From Candidatus Zixiibacteriota bacterium (GTDB lineage Bacteria > Zixibacteria > MSB-5A5 > GN15 > JAAZOE01): a DNA stretch of 57,239 bases. Each line of letters starts with the position of its first letter. Position 1 is the first letter of the stretch. This document shows, piece by piece, positions 56,210 to 57,239 of the stretch. The translations under genes and the position numbers were made by a program. The stretch covers positions 1-57,239 of the forward strand of contig JBDREQ010000053.1 of the NCBI GenBank assembly GCA_043819555.1, in the 5' to 3' direction. The notes under the pieces are model-generated. The model worked only from the letters and a program-made list of their open reading frames with translations. It was not told where the DNA came from and searched no databases.

Positions 56210-57239
56210 ATGGCTAGTATTCATTTTAAGAAACGAAAAGATGGTGGGAAAACCTACTATGTGGTGGTCTGCATGCCGGGTAGCCATAAGTGGATTAAGG
56301 GAGGATCTCTTAAAGACGCCAAGATTTTGAAAAAAGAAATTGAATCATTGGAAAAATCCAAAAGGATTGAGAAGTTGGGACTTGTGAACGAGAAGAAACG
56401 CATTGACGCTTTCTTTCAGGAATATGCAGACCATGTGCGCTTAAGAACTGCACCCAGTACCTTGAAACGATATCTTACAGTGTTAAATACTGTTATCATA
56501 TTTTTGAAGATGTTTCACCCCAAAATCAAGTTTCTCGTGCAGATTACACCTGAGATTATTGAGTCGTATCAAGTACAACGTTTGAAGTCTATTGAATTGA
56601 AGAGTTCAGCAGATGGAGATAAATCCGGAGTTCATAGAAAAAAGCGCTTACCCCTTCCTCAAACGGTAAACACCGAAGTCATAGTGTTGGGCTCAGCATT
56701 TATTTGGGCTTATAGCCGAGAACTAATTCCTTCAGTACCGACCAAAAAAGTAAAGCCGCTTCGAGCCAAACTAAAAAGAAAAGTCAGACTTCTCGATCAA
56801 AGAGAATGCAAGCATTTTTTGAAAACTGCGCGGCAAATGGCCAGAGATAATAAACGACTCAAAGTATTTTATTTGATTTTCAAATTCTTACTCAATACAG
56901 GTCTGCGATCAGGAGAATTATGCAATTTAACCTGGGATGATGTTAATCTTGAAACCGGCTTGATAAAAATTCAGCCAAAAGAAGGGTGGACACCAAAAAC
57001 ATATTCCAGAGAGTTCTTTCTAAATGAACATTCAATAAAAATCCTAAAGCGGATTGGTCAGTCAGAAGGATTGATATTCAGAACCAATACTGGTAAACAA
57101 CTCGACACCGATGATATACGACGAGCATTAATAAAAATAGCCAAAGAAGCGGGACTTAATGACCTTACCAAAGTCCATGACCTCAGACATACATTCAATT
57201 CATTAATGCAAATGAATGGAGTTGATCCAGCCACAATGA
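56210..57239 (+). CDS. Tyrosine recombinase/phage integrase (truncated by window end; absent from the ORF track)
   Basis: AAGGAG SD, ATG 56210, open to the end; LLNTGLRSGELCNLTWDDV, TPKT, KVHDLRHTF. Confidence 0.9.
   Translation, partial: MASIHFKKRKDGGKTYYVVVCMPGSHKWIKGGSLKDAKILKKEIESLEKSKRIEKLGLVNEKKRIDAFFQEYADHVRLRTAPSTLKRYLTVLNTVIIFLKMFHPKIKFLVQITPEIIESYQVQRLKSIELKSSADGDKSGVHRKKRLPLPQTVNTEVIVLGSAFIWAYSRELIPSVPTKKVKPLRAKLKRKVRLLDQRECKHFLKTARQMARDNKRLKVFYLIFKFLLNTGLRSGELCNLTWDDVNLETGLIKIQPKEGWTPKTYSREFFLNEHSIKILKRIGQSEGLIFRTNTGKQLDTDDIRRALIKIAKEAGLNDLTKVHDLRHTFNSLMQMNGVDPATM

Overview
A 57 kb stretch of mostly core chromosome from a Gram-negative bacterium. The dockerin-like GDANxDxxVNVGDAVxLINxxFKGG tails and a NYPNPFNP C-terminal domain suggest candidate phylum Zixibacteria or a relative (inference). 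The window starts inside an IS481-like element inserted at the thrC stop codon and ends inside a tyrosine integrase. Housekeeping content: thrC, rdgB, murI, an amidase, smpB, rlmN, a CtpA-type protease, mtnA, glnA, tRNA-Arg(TCT) and tRNA-Pro(TGG). Other content: a TonB-receptor/YfiR/histidine-kinase/response-regulator cassette, a type IV pilus cluster (fimT-like, pilMNO, AMIN-PilP fusion, short pilQ, Ig-like lipoprotein), two paralogous outer-membrane beta-barrels and several exported peptidases. Most notable: (1) a possible cellulosome-like cohesin/dockerin system built around proteases, including a 2437-aa protein with 17 Cys-rich modules; (2) a RelA/SpoT zinc finger fused to a DUF2250-like winged helix, behind a glutamine synthetase lacking the adenylylation tyrosine; (3) a 4-copy tandem array of a REP-like hairpin plus the captured RBS/start of the adjacent gene; (4) a PhaR-phasin fusion with an internal ribosome-binding site; (5) apparent relocation of the AMIN domain from PilQ to PilP; (6) three single-base frameshifts and several apparently leaderless genes. 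All calls come from motif recognition by eye; no searches were run.
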